Translations under genes and position numbers: made by a program | In this document: positions 63,298 to 64,000 of the stretch, one piece after another | Numbering within the stretch: the first letter of the stretch is position 1 | Layout: each line of letters starts with the position of its first letter | Notes under the pieces: generated by a model | The model's input: only the letters and a program-made list of their open reading frames with translations | Told to the model about the DNA's origin: nothing | Databases searched by the model: none | From: Octopus vulgaris | Taxonomy: Eukaryota | Length of the DNA stretch: 64,000 bases | Direction: 5' to 3' | Assembly (NCBI GenBank): GCA_951406725.2 | Contig: OX597817.1 | Coordinates: 81,468,001-81,532,000, forward strand

Positions 63298-64000
63298 CTG
63301 TAAATGGAAAGCATAAAATGAAGTTACAAAATATGAAATGATGAAAGACAATGTTTTACTGAAGTCTATCACTTAATCCATTTGATACCAACATTCTTGA
63401 GATAGCTCTTGGTTCTATTATACAAGTTTCCTGTGTTTAAGTGATCTGAATTTAAAATTTTCCATCCAAATTTTCTTTTATTTTTCAAACATAAGCTTAA
63501 TAATGACAATATTATTTTACAAAATTCTTCATTATTTTTTAGAAGAATTCAAACAAAGCAAAGTATTTCATTAGAAATATAGTTAAGTAAAGAAGTCCTT
63601 AGGTCACCATGAAAAACATGGAAATATAAAAGAGAAGAAATACAACCGATTTTCTTCATAATTTTTCTGACTTTGCAGCATGGAAGGTGTTTATAAGCCA
63701 TTTAAGAAACACACAAAAACCGTTAGATTCACTTCAACATTTAAATTTAATTTGTCAAAATATTTTTGGCGCTTTGAGACCACGACCTGTTCACTGACAA
63801 AATTTCGTGCTGCATCACTTTGTTGTAGTAAAAAGTAGAATCATTAGAGCATGTGACAAAATCCTTGTGGTATTTAGTTACAGCTCTTTCAAATCCTATG
63901 AGATTAACTTTACTATTTATCCTTTTGAGGTCAATAAAATAATTTACTAATCAAATACTAGGTTTGATTTAATATTTTAATAAAATATCCTAGATTTGAA

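Overview
AT-rich animal genomic DNA. The SINE/RTE/MITE repertoire and microsatellites suggest Octopus (inference). Two conserved multi-exon genes lie tail-to-tail. UPF1 (NMD helicase, + strand, 5' end outside the window) has 18 coding exons from 1644 to the TAG at 25942-25944 and a long 3' UTR. VPS45 (Sec1/Munc18 family, - strand, 5' end outside the window) has 9 coding exons from 63297 to the TAA at 31596-31598. Introns carry a Gypsy remnant, a 1250-bp DD34D mariner with both TIRs, R4/Dong-type retrotransposons in (TAA)n, RTE LINEs, a Penelope-like fragment, SINEs, MITEs and several long fold-backs. Main leads: (i) a dispersed repeat with minimal type-I hammerhead ribozyme geometry whose C3-G8 core pair is swapped to G3-C8, plus several canonical or degenerate hammerheads and a retrozyme-like unit; (ii) a probable intron in the UPF1 3' UTR about 470 nt after the stop, which would make UPF1 mRNA its own EJC-dependent NMD substrate; (iii) a ~1.2-kb fold-back just upstream of a UPF1 exon; (iv) a pure (GAA)68 tract at a retrotransposon tail. 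All coordinates were read by eye, and repeat boundaries are approximate.
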